Below are positions 36,909 through 47,738 of a stretch of DNA of 64,000 nucleotides, piece by piece. This DNA is from Hydrolagus affinis. Its lineage: Eukaryota. The DNA is taken from positions 1 to 64,000 of the forward strand of contig JAAILG010001536.1 of the NCBI GenBank assembly GCA_012026655.1, written 5' to 3'. The notes under the pieces are model-generated. The model was not told the DNA's origin. It worked only from the letters and a program-made list of their open reading frames with translations, and ran no database searches. The position numbers and the translations under genes are program-made. The first letter of the stretch is position 1; each line of letters starts with the position of its first letter.

Positions 36909-39900
36909 TTGATTTTCTCAACAGCTTTTAAGTATAATGTGAAATATTTCCAAATTCAAAATTGGTTAAGAGTTCCAATTTATTTATACCGATGAGCCTT
37001 TTATAAATTTAGAATTGTAATTGTGAATATGTCTCAATCACAACTAACATGAAAGGAAATATTACATAGTTGTAGCTGCATATCTTCGTCGAATATTGAA
37101 TCCCATTACGCTTTAGGAAACATATCCCTGTATTGTTTCATCCTTGAGTTGATTGGTTGCCACCATTTCCATGTTGAACTTCAGCACATTATTTCAGAAA
37201 TGGAACTGTTTTGACCATCGTTGTCTCCTAACTGCCCACCAATTTACAGATATTCTCTCGTTTTTCCACTTTGAAGCTGAATTCAATAACCTAACTTGCC
37301 CTGTACAAACCCGAGAGTCTTGGGTTTGTATAGGGCAACTATTACAGCTGTGTAGCTCTTTCTGATGTAACTGTTATCCTATATGTGACTCATAACTGAG
37401 TAGCACTAAGAGGGGTATTCATTTGCAAACCACCGTAATCCAACTTCACACTTCATATCGTTGTGGAAAAATGCTGCACAAGTTGCGTGTATCTGTCTGA
37501 TACTATCTGATTGTGATGACCAGGCAATGAGTTTGCTCTTTGCGACCTGCATTTGACATTTGAAGCAAAGATTTGGAAATGCTACGGAAAGTTGGGTTCA
37601 ATTTCATTTAGAAATTGTGGGATCGTGTTGATCAAAGTCCCAATTGTTCCTGTCATGAGATAATCCTTGCATTTTGATTCAGTGCCTTGTCGCATCAAAG
37701 GGTCTCAAACACTTCACAGAGTTTTCTGACGTATGGTTAGCAGGATACCACAAGGTGAGTGGTATGTGTGGCATTTGCTTTTCCCGCGTGTCTGCATTTT
37801 CAGTGCTGGCAATAGTGAACTGGAAATATTAGGCTATCGTGGGTTGAGTGAGTAAGTTTGCCCTCCCAAGTTTATTTACAGTAGCAGATATTACTTTCAG
37901 CAGTAGGGATAGCCAGAGTAGAATATTTGGATTATACCGATCTGCTCATTGTACAAAATCTCTCTTGCTGTGACCTGAGGATAATTGAGGCACATGCATT
38001 GAGGTACATGGATAATATAATTGCAGAGGGCTACTTGTTGGCACCAAACAGCAAGTTCTTTATTAATATCTTTAAAAAGCAAATACAGTACTGTGGCCAA
38101 CTATTAAAATTAAAGTTTACTTTCCTGTTGGTTCAACGATCTTCTCTAATGAGCAGATAAGATGTGCAGACCACAAAGGTCACTGCTGTGTGCTAGGTTA
38201 GCGAATCCCACCCAAGTTGCAGTTGGAATAATATAATTGGTTTCAATGCCCTGGTTGAATGAAGGATGAATCAGCTTCTCCACTGAAATTAATTACAAGA
38301 AGAGAGAAAGAGCATGTCATGGTCTTAAGTGATGTTGTCATTATCAAAACCCAAAGTAATAGTTACTCAACTATTATCCAACCAGTTATGCTGGGATAAA
38401 TATAGCTAGAAGGACCTTGAATGATATCCTCCTGTTATGTAATCTGGTGTTACGCAGTGCTGCACTCAATCCAGTGTCCAACATCTGAACAGCAAACTTG
38501 TGAAGGGAGTTTGATCTTACAAAGCATACTGTAGCATTGTGCAAAATCTCTTCCTGCGTTGTGAGGATAGTTGAAGCAACTATATTAATAACACTCCATT
38601 CTGTATATTTTTGTCAAGTTTACTTTGTGCTGAGGCTGGCGGGCTGGTAAACTGTTGAGGATGCCGGATTCTGGCTGAAAGTTTCATAAACTTACCTCTG
38701 ACATCACTGCGATTTTGTTTCCATTTATGTAATGACCCCTTTGAAAAAAAGTTCCCAGCCACAGAATCTACTTACCATTATCAACTTTCGTAAGCAAACT
38801 ATCGGAAAACCTATTTATCCTAATATTGTAAGCAGTATGCAATAATTACTGGCACTTTAGCTGACCAAATAATGTTTTAATTAAAAATCATTTGTAAAAA
38901 TGTTTAAATTAATCTTGTAACTAGTCAACTGTACGAGAATTTCATTAAAACTACTACAACTTGTAAGGTATTTATATATAACCCCCTTCACATAGGTTAA
39001 TATCTCAAAAGCATTTCAGTTCGAAGCTGAATTAGCTAACAAGCTATATGAGAATTCATTTGAATATTATGTTTCTGAGTAACTCAATAGAGGTGTGAAA
39101 GGTGATTACACCTTAATTTCTGAGGGGGTTTCAGACAGGAAAGGCAGATGTAGTGAATTCCCATGAACTGGATGATATAAAATAATCCTACTGTATCATT
39201 GCTTAAATCATACTCTGTAGCTTGTCCATCTTTAGTTCAAGTTAAATGCAAGGATGAGGCAGGTGATGGGTACAGTAAAATTCTACTTTTGAAACAAATG
39301 TGTGTAAATGAAATGTGTGGTCAATTCCTTCCACAGGATTTAGGCTCTGAAATGTCACATCAGGTGATTAAACTTCATTTCTTTCGATGTTATCATTTCT
39401 GGGCAACCTGGACTTTTGTTTTACTGTAGCAGATCTTATGTGTTGTTATACATGAAAGGTACTTTTGGAAAAGAATACTTATCTGTTCCAAAAATTCCAG
39501 CAGCAATACGTATGAAAAAAATTGCCACAGAACTAAATCGTGGAAATTTTTAGTCTGGTGGCATGCTATGTTATTCCCTTTAGTTGTATATCAGTCTCAC
39601 CAGGTTAGTTTCACCCCTTTTAGCTTGAGAAATACACGTGAGCAATAGAAAAACTAAACAACGAAGTTGCACTGTTTAGCAGCCTCTCTTTTTCAGGAGG
39701 AATGACTCCAATGTACAAGAACAATGCTTCTATTTCAAAACAAGAAACAAAGACCTCTGTATTAATGAAAACAGTTATGCAAATACACTTTTTTGTTTCA
39801 AAATACCAACGAAATGATGAAGGGCAGACAAAGGCAGAATTCTGCTGCCCAAGGGCAACTGGTGACTTAACTCATAAGATGGGCCAATAGATGAGTGTGA

Positions 39901-40194
39901 CTGCAATTTTTCAGCGGAATCCACTACAAACAAACCCTCTGCTGCAAACTCTCTCTGTGAGTGTGTCTCTTTGAATGTGGGTATCTCTGCATCTGTAAGT
40001 GTGTATTTGCAAGTGTGTGTGTGTGTCTCTCTGTGCATCAGTGTGTAGTGATGGCTGCAAGACCAGTAGATGGTGGCAGGCAGAACGCTGGCGAGCTTGG
40101 TGAGCAATGGTGGAACTCCAGTCCTTTAAACCTAACGCTTGATGGAAATGGGCATGTCGGTGCTTTGGGCCTGCTCTTTGGTTTACACACCAAA

Positions 40195-40221
40195 ACACAC
40201 ACACACACACACACACACACA
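40195..40221. repeat. (CA)n microsatellite
   Basis: About 13 AC units. Confidence 0.9.
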
Positions 40222-40424
40222 TAAACAGGAGTTGGCCACCCCGTTTTTGTTAAAGAAAGCATTCATTTTCTTCCCCCCACAACGTTTTTTTTTAATCGAT
40301 AAAATAAAACTAAGTTGGCAGTGAAGCATATAGCACCAATTTTTGGGCAAATATTTCTGCTATTTTCTATTGGCCCTGCTCAGAAGGTGTTTCCTTGTTT
40401 GCCAAAGTAATGTATTTTTGTAAT

Positions 40425-40605
40425 AAAAACGCTGATACTAAAAATCTGAAACAAAAACAGAAATCACTGGGAATCACTCAGCATGTCAGGCCGCATCTAC
40501 GGTGAAAGGAAAGTGAGTCAACGTTACGGGTCTACGACCCTTCGTCAGAACGTTCTGCCTGACCTGCTGAGTGTTCCCAGCGATTTCTATCATTTTTGTA
40601 TTTGC
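40425..40605. mobile_element. Penelope-like short repeat with internal inverted repeat; partial copies near 34505-34575 and 60870-60985
   Basis: AAATCTGAAACAAAAACAGAAATCACTGGGAATCACTCAGCATGTCAGGC...GTCAACGTT...GACCCTTCGTCAGAAC recurs three times in the window; family assignment from recall. Confidence 0.55.
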
Positions 40606-41654
40606 TTCAACTGGATATAACTTACCTAGTGTTCTGGGTGCTGGTATCACTACTTGCCATACATGGTAATGAAACCAACTTCCTGTTCTAAGAACTTGTG
40701 TATTGAGGGCAACCACCCAGGCTCTTATCAGTAATGAGATGACAGCATTTGAAACTCATAATTCCCGGGATGAAGCTTCAGTGTCAGCGTGGGAAGAGAT
40801 GAGAGCATTTTCCTCTTTAAGACGCAGAAAATCCTGTGTGTGACTCCCAAGCAGTCAAATTAGAATATTTCGTCCCTTTGCACCTTTACATAATATTTCC
40901 ATTTCTTGTTTCTCATTTCTTATCATTCCTTATCTTTTACTTTAAATGGTTTCTATTTCCATGTGCCATTCTATTTTTTTCAAATTGAATCGTATATTGC
41001 TGGCTTGCAATTCTTCTGACACAGTCCAGGGTATTTGGCCCTTGCTAGTGTAGAACCCGATGAGATTGGTTTAACAATAAACAAACAGACCAGAGATTTG
41101 CAAGATTGTTTTCCCCTTTCTCCTCCCGTACCTCCTCCAAAACCACCCAACAGAGCAGTCAATATGTCGAATAGTCAGGGCAAAAGTAGTTAATTAACTC
41201 GGGAAGACATGAGAGGTTTGGATGAAAAAGTCTCTATCATCCCATTTATTCTCATCCTCTGATAATGACAGCCCATCCTCCTATTGACACCAAGTTTTTT
41301 TTTAATTCCTTCACAACATATGCATGCATATGTATTGAGAAGCAGTATTACACATGAATTACTCTAAGGGAGTCAGGTAGAAATTTGGAGATGTTTTACT
41401 TTGACTGTGTTTGAGGACCAGGGAGTATCAACAATTTACATAGGGCTTTTCAGATTTCTCAAAAATAGTATAAAAATCGCAGCAAAAGACAAGAAGATTT
41501 TCCCTGTGGTTTTATTGTAAAATGATTCATCCGGGAAATTATAGCTGACAATCAAACTGAAGTCCATTTTATCTCATTTGACGTCAGTTTGTTTCTAAAG
41601 AGCATATTCAAAATACAATGTACAAAGGCAAATTATAATACAAAAAAGCAATTT

Positions 41655-41995
41655 ATAATAATGCTTGCATTTGATATTGCAGTGTTCAAACGTCTCAAAG
41701 ACTACTAAATCCTGTCAAATGCAGCAATTGTAGTTGACATTTGTGCATAGAAAAGTTCCCCAAACAACCATGAAGTGAATGACCAATTTATCTAGAGGAT
41801 TCTTTTATCAAGACACCAGGAGAAACTCCCTCGCTTTCATAAGTGTGTCGATCTACAACATGAACAGGCAGACGAGTGTTAATTTCATGTCTCATCTACA
41901 ACATGAAGTGCATCCTCAGTGCGGCACCGGAGTCAGTTTGCACCTTGATCTCAAAGTCCCAATGTGGAGGTTAAACCCACACCTTTCTGACCCAA
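41655..41995 (-). mobile_element. Older Deu-type SINE (SacSINE/AmnSINE-like); related fragments near 50000-50258 and 58480-58660
   Basis: Minus strand reads TCAGAAAGGTGTGGGTTTAACCTCCAC...GACTCCGGTGCCGCACTGAGG...GATGAGACATGAAAT; the 50010 copy has TCTTTCGGATGAGATATTAAC...GTTAAAGATCCCATG. Confidence 0.55.
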
Positions 41996-43176
41996 AGATT
42001 AGTGTGCCTTCAAACAAGAGGACAGCGATTGCAGTGTTAAAAGAAACTAACAATGGCAAAAATTCTGTTTCAATGTTAATAGAAACCGCTTTCAAATTCT
42101 CGTCCAGATCTAAAACTTTCACGCTGTTTGCAAAGTAAATTGGTGCATTCTCTTTTGTTTTTCCTAACTTATGTACATGTATGGAGAAATGGCCTACTTT
42201 GAAAGCTGTATGAAGAAAACCACAATGACCACACTTGGTCCAGCTGTACAGAATTACAAATGAAGATAAGGCTTCGAAGGATTTGTCTTGTGATGTAGTA
42301 GTGCGATAACTAAACAAGCCTTATGGCCAGCAATTCAATGTGTTTGTCTTAAACAAAAAACATAAGGTTTTGAAATGAATAGAAAATCTTTACAATTGAA
42401 TGGGTTGAATCATTTAGATCAGAAGGTTAAAGGTGTGATTTTTTGCATTCAGTGAATTTCTTTGGCTTACCTCTTTGGTTTTGGTACCACAAATACGGTC
42501 TGAATGATTCACACTTGAAGGTGAGAATGCAAAAAAAAAACATAATTTTTTTTAATTGCGAGTGATTGTGCTAAACTTTGTGCTGATCCTGCCAAAGGAA
42601 GGTTAAAAATCTACAAAGGTCAGTGATTACATTGCATTTCTTGTTTCTTTATTAGTTTCCAAATTTGTGTAGGGTACTTCACTCCAAAAGTCCCCTCAAG
42701 TGTGTGCATGATAGTCTCTAAACTGTAACAGTTACTATAAATCAAAATGGTTTAGAATCCATTGAAAAAGCAATGAGTCGTAACAGGAGCATGTGAATCA
42801 CCCAGTATCAGTACAGCAACTTTTTTTCCCCTCCTTGAATAAAATCAAACCTTTTGTACGAAAATACTGACGCTGCAGACTGTACAATTGTATTTTCGTT
42901 CCTGTGGTTTATGTGTGAAACACGTGAAAATTATTTTTCCAGCAAGATTGAGGTTATGTAACCTTCACCAGTATGGAATAAGCAGCCAATAACAGAAAAA
43001 GTGCTAGGGAAGGTTTTGACTCCCAAATTCGCTGTTTGCTTGAAAAACGGATGTTATTATTTTAGAGAACCAAAGGAAACACAAAAAACTTGAAATGGAG
43101 AGATTGATCATATTATTTATACACCCCTCTCATTTGTACAAATTATGAACACCAATATTTATGGTGTCATATGTTG

Positions 43177-43490
43177 GGAGTCCTGCAGCTTAGTGGTTAG
43201 AGCACTCACCTTACAAGCGAGAGACCTAAGTGATTCCCTTCAGGGCAAAATCTTGGACAAATTTTCTTACTCCACATGCCTGATAATAATCCATCAAGGA
43301 AAGAAAACAATAATAAATTGATCATTTTAATCCATGACTGCTTTGTGGGACACTGCTCTGTGCAATTGGCTGCCACATTTCGCCCACAAATATACAATGA
43401 ATTCACTTTACAGTCTATTCTGTGAAGCACTTTGAGCTGCCGAGAAGATGTGATAAGGTGCTGTATCAAATGCAAGGATTATTATTATTA
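43177..43490 (+). mobile_element. tRNA-derived SINE, short variant
   Basis: GGAGTCCTGCAGCTTAGTGGTTAGAGCACTCACCTTACAAG ... TGCAAGGATTATTATTA. Confidence 0.88.
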
Positions 43491-43631
43491 TCTATACTTT
43501 GTCACTTGCAGGATATCATTTTCAACTATTTTCAGCTGATCCAGAATTCTGTACCTTAAATTCTCTCCAGCAAAATAATCCACACACTCCCATTATTAAC
43601 ATCCTCACCAAGCTCCATAGAACTCCCAATT

Positions 43632-43959
43632 GGAGATCTGTAACTCAGTAGTTAGAATACTCATCTCGAAAGCAATAGACCTGAGTTTGATTCCTGACGG
43701 GGCCAAGTGTTGGGCAAGTTCCCTTACTTCACCTAGTTGTTAGTCAATTGGTCGATCATTTCTCCAGGGGTGATAATTCCTTAAAAATAATCCTAAATAG
43801 ATCATTCAATCCAAGACTGTTTGTGGGATACTGCAGTGTGCAATTGGTTGCCGCGATTCGCCCACAAAGCATAGTCAATTTACTTTTCACTATATTCCGT
43901 GAAGCGCATTGAGACGTTTTGAAGAATTGATAAGGCGCTATCAATGCAAGGATTATTAT
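43632..43959 (+). mobile_element. tRNA-derived SINE, second copy 140 bp downstream
   Basis: Same head, core and tail with part of the long-variant insert. Confidence 0.85.
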
Positions 43960-43964
43960 TACAA

Positions 43965-44342
43965 TAGCTCACAGGATCAAGTTTAAAATCCTTGTGCTCA
44001 TCTTCAAATCCCTCCACTGTCTTGCTGCACTCATCTTTGCAATCTCTTCCTGTCCTACATTCTAGCTTGTATCCTCTGCTTTTCCAACTCTGGATTTCTC
44101 GCTCTTCAGCTGCTTTCACTCCTCAGCCAGGCAGAGCTTTCAGTCACCATAGCCATGTCTATCCATGTATCCCGCAACTCTTCCAAAACCACTTTGACCT
44201 TTCCACCTTCGAAATCATCCAAAGAAGATATCTCTCCGACTGAGCCATTGATGTCTTTAAATCTTTTATTTCCCTGCTCCACATCCGTTTATCAAGAACT
44301 TTGACGCGATTCATGTGAAAGGTGCAATATAACTGCAAGTTG
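43965..44342 (+). mobile_element. L2 LINE 3' fragment, degraded
   Basis: TTTAAAATCCTTGTGCTCATCTTCAAATCCCTCCAC (FKILVLIFKSLH) ... GTGAAAGGTGCAATATAACTGCAAGTTG. Confidence 0.7.
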
Positions 44343-45462
44343 TGCACAAAGATTCTGCCTAAACCCACACAGTTTAGGGAGAATCTTAATTGGCGCGTGT
44401 CCAAGTTTATGCATGTGCACAGCTTGCAGCAAACTCCAGTTTGACTTGCCTAGTTAGCAAAACCGAGGTAGCTGCTAGTTATCATCCATCTAACTGTTTC
44501 TTCACATTGTCAATTCCTTTTATTCTCAGACCAAAACAATTAAGTTTACATTTGGTGATAACATGCATTGAAAAAATCAGTTGCACTTATTTTCAAGTTG
44601 CAGTCACGATAACTTGAAATAGCAAACCTTGAACTTAGTGACTTAGGTTCCACAAACATGTGAGTCATGCTTGCTCCCCCTCTACTTTCTCCACACACAC
44701 AGCAACAGTTGACAATATATTGTCAGACTTAGTGGAATTAAATAAAACCCATAAAACAATTTCAGATAAGTTAGCATGGGTGGATCGACCCCACACGTTT
44801 TCAAACCCAATCTAAGTGGATTTCCTTACTATTCCATCAGTAATGCACCTCAATTCTGCTGCTCATCATTAATAAACGGAGTCGTGGCTCCGTGCATTAA
44901 ATTGTGTACACGTCCTATCTGTTTGTCGACTTCGCAGAGCCGGACGCAGCGTGGGGTGTCGAGAGTTGAAATAACCCGCCTACAGGTTTCGCCCACAAAA
45001 TATACAGTCAATTTACTTTCGGGCAAGCTTGTGAAGGCACAAATGAAAGATACATTCGACACTGTGGGTTGACATTTCTGTTTATGAAGCATTGGCCTTG
45101 CTTGTGATGTGGGCCGCGTTATAATTGTACTCACAGGGAGCAAAGTATAATGTCAGCCAGAATTTCAGCCTATTAATCTGATTGTCAGGTGACAGCCCCC
45201 CCCCCCACCCCCACACACACACTTACACACACCCCCACCACACCCACCGCAAGGAAAATGTATTCTATTCACAGCGGAAGGAAGAAACTGCTCCCTTATG
45301 CCCTTAGGCAACACCAAAAGCAATTTAGGATAGACTGAAGTTCTGTGGAATATAGATTGATCTCTAAGAAGACACAGGTGAGAAAAGTGCACCTCCTATA
45401 TAAGCAGGTGACTGATGTATTGTAAGTGTCTCTCGTGTATGTGTTTAGCTGTAAAGATTACA

Positions 45463-45527
45463 TTTATTCTACTTTCCTAACAATACAAAAAAATACTTGT
45501 ATACAAGACAAAAAGAAAACCTTTATT
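45463..45527 (-). terminator. Candidate CD40LG polyadenylation signals
   Basis: AATAAA on the minus strand at 45527-45522 and 45468-45463, following an AU-rich stretch with ATTTA motifs, about 1.8 kb past the stop. Confidence 0.45.
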
Positions 45528-46241
45528 TAGGTCATAGTTTAAAACAATTCTAAATATATGGATTCATCAATAAACTCAATAGAATAAATAGCTTAATTGT
45601 AATATTATTAAACAACAGGTAAAACAAACAATCTTAAAAGTAGTTTGATTTAAAATTGATAATCACTAAACTTGACAAGTGCAATTTTGTTCTATTCTGA
45701 AAATAAGATAAATAATATAGACAAACTCTTAACAACAACAACAACAACAAATTACATTTATAGAGCGCCTTTCACGTCGGGAGGACGTCCCAAGGCGCTG
45801 CACAGGGGGAATGTTAAGAAATTAACATCGAGCTATAGCATCAGAGTATCATTTTAGCATTCTTCCAAACATTTGTGGTTGTTTCACAGTAACACTGGTC
45901 GTCAGTATTACAACACAACACACTTTGAAAGAGCTAAATGGAAATAAATACTGCTTAGTGCAAACCCTTCTTGCATATTGAGAACTTACAGGGTCTGGTT
46001 CAATACAATGTACTGCTTTACATGAGAATACTGACAGTTGATATTTATTGTAAGATAAAGTCAATAACATTACAAGGAATTTTTTTTTGCAATATTAAAA
46101 GATTTGGTTTCAGCTGAATTACAAATACTATCCCAAATACTGAAATGGTTTACAAGGTTCAAAAGCCTCACTTCTTAACTAGAAATCTTCAGCACCAGTA
46201 TTATTGATGTTGGTGTTATTGATGTTGAACCGCTTCAGTGT

Positions 46242-46260
46242 GAGAGAGAGAGAGAGAGAG
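46242..46260. repeat. (GA)n microsatellite, read as (CU)n in the putative CD40LG 3'UTR
   Basis: GAGAGAGAGAGAGAGAGAG. Confidence 0.9.
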
Positions 46261-47328
46261 CAGTGAACGGGACCTCTTTAAAACAGTGTACTGCAAAATG
46301 ACCAAAAGAAAAGTTAAACTAACTTTTTGCAATTGCTTTATGAATGCCACGATAACAAAATATGATTTTAATCCGGTTTTAGAAATGTTCCTCATGTTAT
46401 CCGCCCTGTGGTAATTGTATTCTCCTTGTACCAAAATTTGAATTGCATGATAAACTCCATAAACAGCCTCAACTTTCTTTCAGTTTTCTCACTGACATTA
46501 TTTGTTCTTTTTAAAAAAAAAAAAATCCTTTTTGTTGATGATTGGATCAGTGTTAAAGAAACCTGAGGATACATGCACAGAATGCTCACTCACATCACTC
46601 ACTCACTCACAACTAGCTTTGTCTTAGGCTCTTGCACACTGTGGTTTGCTGTTTACAAGCTGCAGGAGGATCTCTTCCTGTAGGTCTACTACACAGGATG
46701 CATTTGTAAATCATCAAAAGTCAGCACTATCTTAAATTTAAGTGAGACATGTCAGTCTGATCACAAATAGAACCGTTTTGTTTTTCCACAGCAAGGCTAA
46801 TTTACAGAATGTAAGGGAAACAGTAACACGCAAACAAGTTTCCTGCAAACAGGAAACCAACTGTAAGCACTTCTACACAATTATTTTGAGAAATATATTC
46901 ATCATTAAAGCTGAGTATGTTATCGAACTAATCCCAAGGAGTTTGAATTTGCTCCACTGGCTCTTTCTCAATCTTTTAGACAATATTATACAATTATAAA
47001 ATATTATAAGATTATTTTCAATTGTTGGGATGTTCAAATATTATTGTTTTGCCAATGAAATAAATAATTAAAATCTGAGATGAAAGTTGCAAAATATTGG
47101 CGTTTGATTAATTTAATGTGAATCGATCTACATTTTCTTTTGCAAATGTGCAACGCCTTTAGGCTGAAGATTTTCATGATCCTGGGTCCTGGAATTGCTT
47201 TGCAGGAGAGCAATTAAAAAATAGGTGCTCTTGTGAAAAAAAATCAGGAAATCTGTTGAAAAATCAAAATGTTCTTCTGTCTGACAGCAGACTCTTTGTT
47301 CCCTCAACTCGGGTTTAAAGAGCTGAAA

Positions 47329-47738
47329 TCAGAGCTCAAATATACCAAAGTATGTTGCTTCATCATTGCTCACAACCTTTGGGTCAGTCACTGATACAAA
47401 TAACCGGTCTCCTTTTTGGAGCTGAAATACTCCACCCTGGCTGACAGAGTTGAAACTTGATATTTGGCTGGAATCCAATGGTGTTTTTGATGCCTTCATC
47501 AGCAGGCTATCCGAATCCATATTTCTTTTCAAATAAATATATTGAACAAATGGCACCGTGGTTTTTCTGCTGGAATCCTTGTCGCTGGTCAGTCGAAAAC
47601 TAACCTGACAGTAAACATAGTAAAGTCCAGGCTTGTTAATGACCAGTTTGCCATTGGTGTAATTCATGTTCTTTGTAAATGCAGGAAATCCTGTAGACCA
47701 CTTTTTTATTGGATATCCTTTATCAGAATGAAAATTCC
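47329..47738 (-). CDS. CD40LG: CD40LG exon 5 (TNF homology domain, stop)
   Basis: aactag|NFHSDKGYPIKKWSTGFPAFTKNMNYTNGKLVINKPGLYYVYCQVSF...QGGVFQLQKGDRLFVSVTDPKVVSNDEATYFGIFEL-TGA. Confidence 0.95.
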
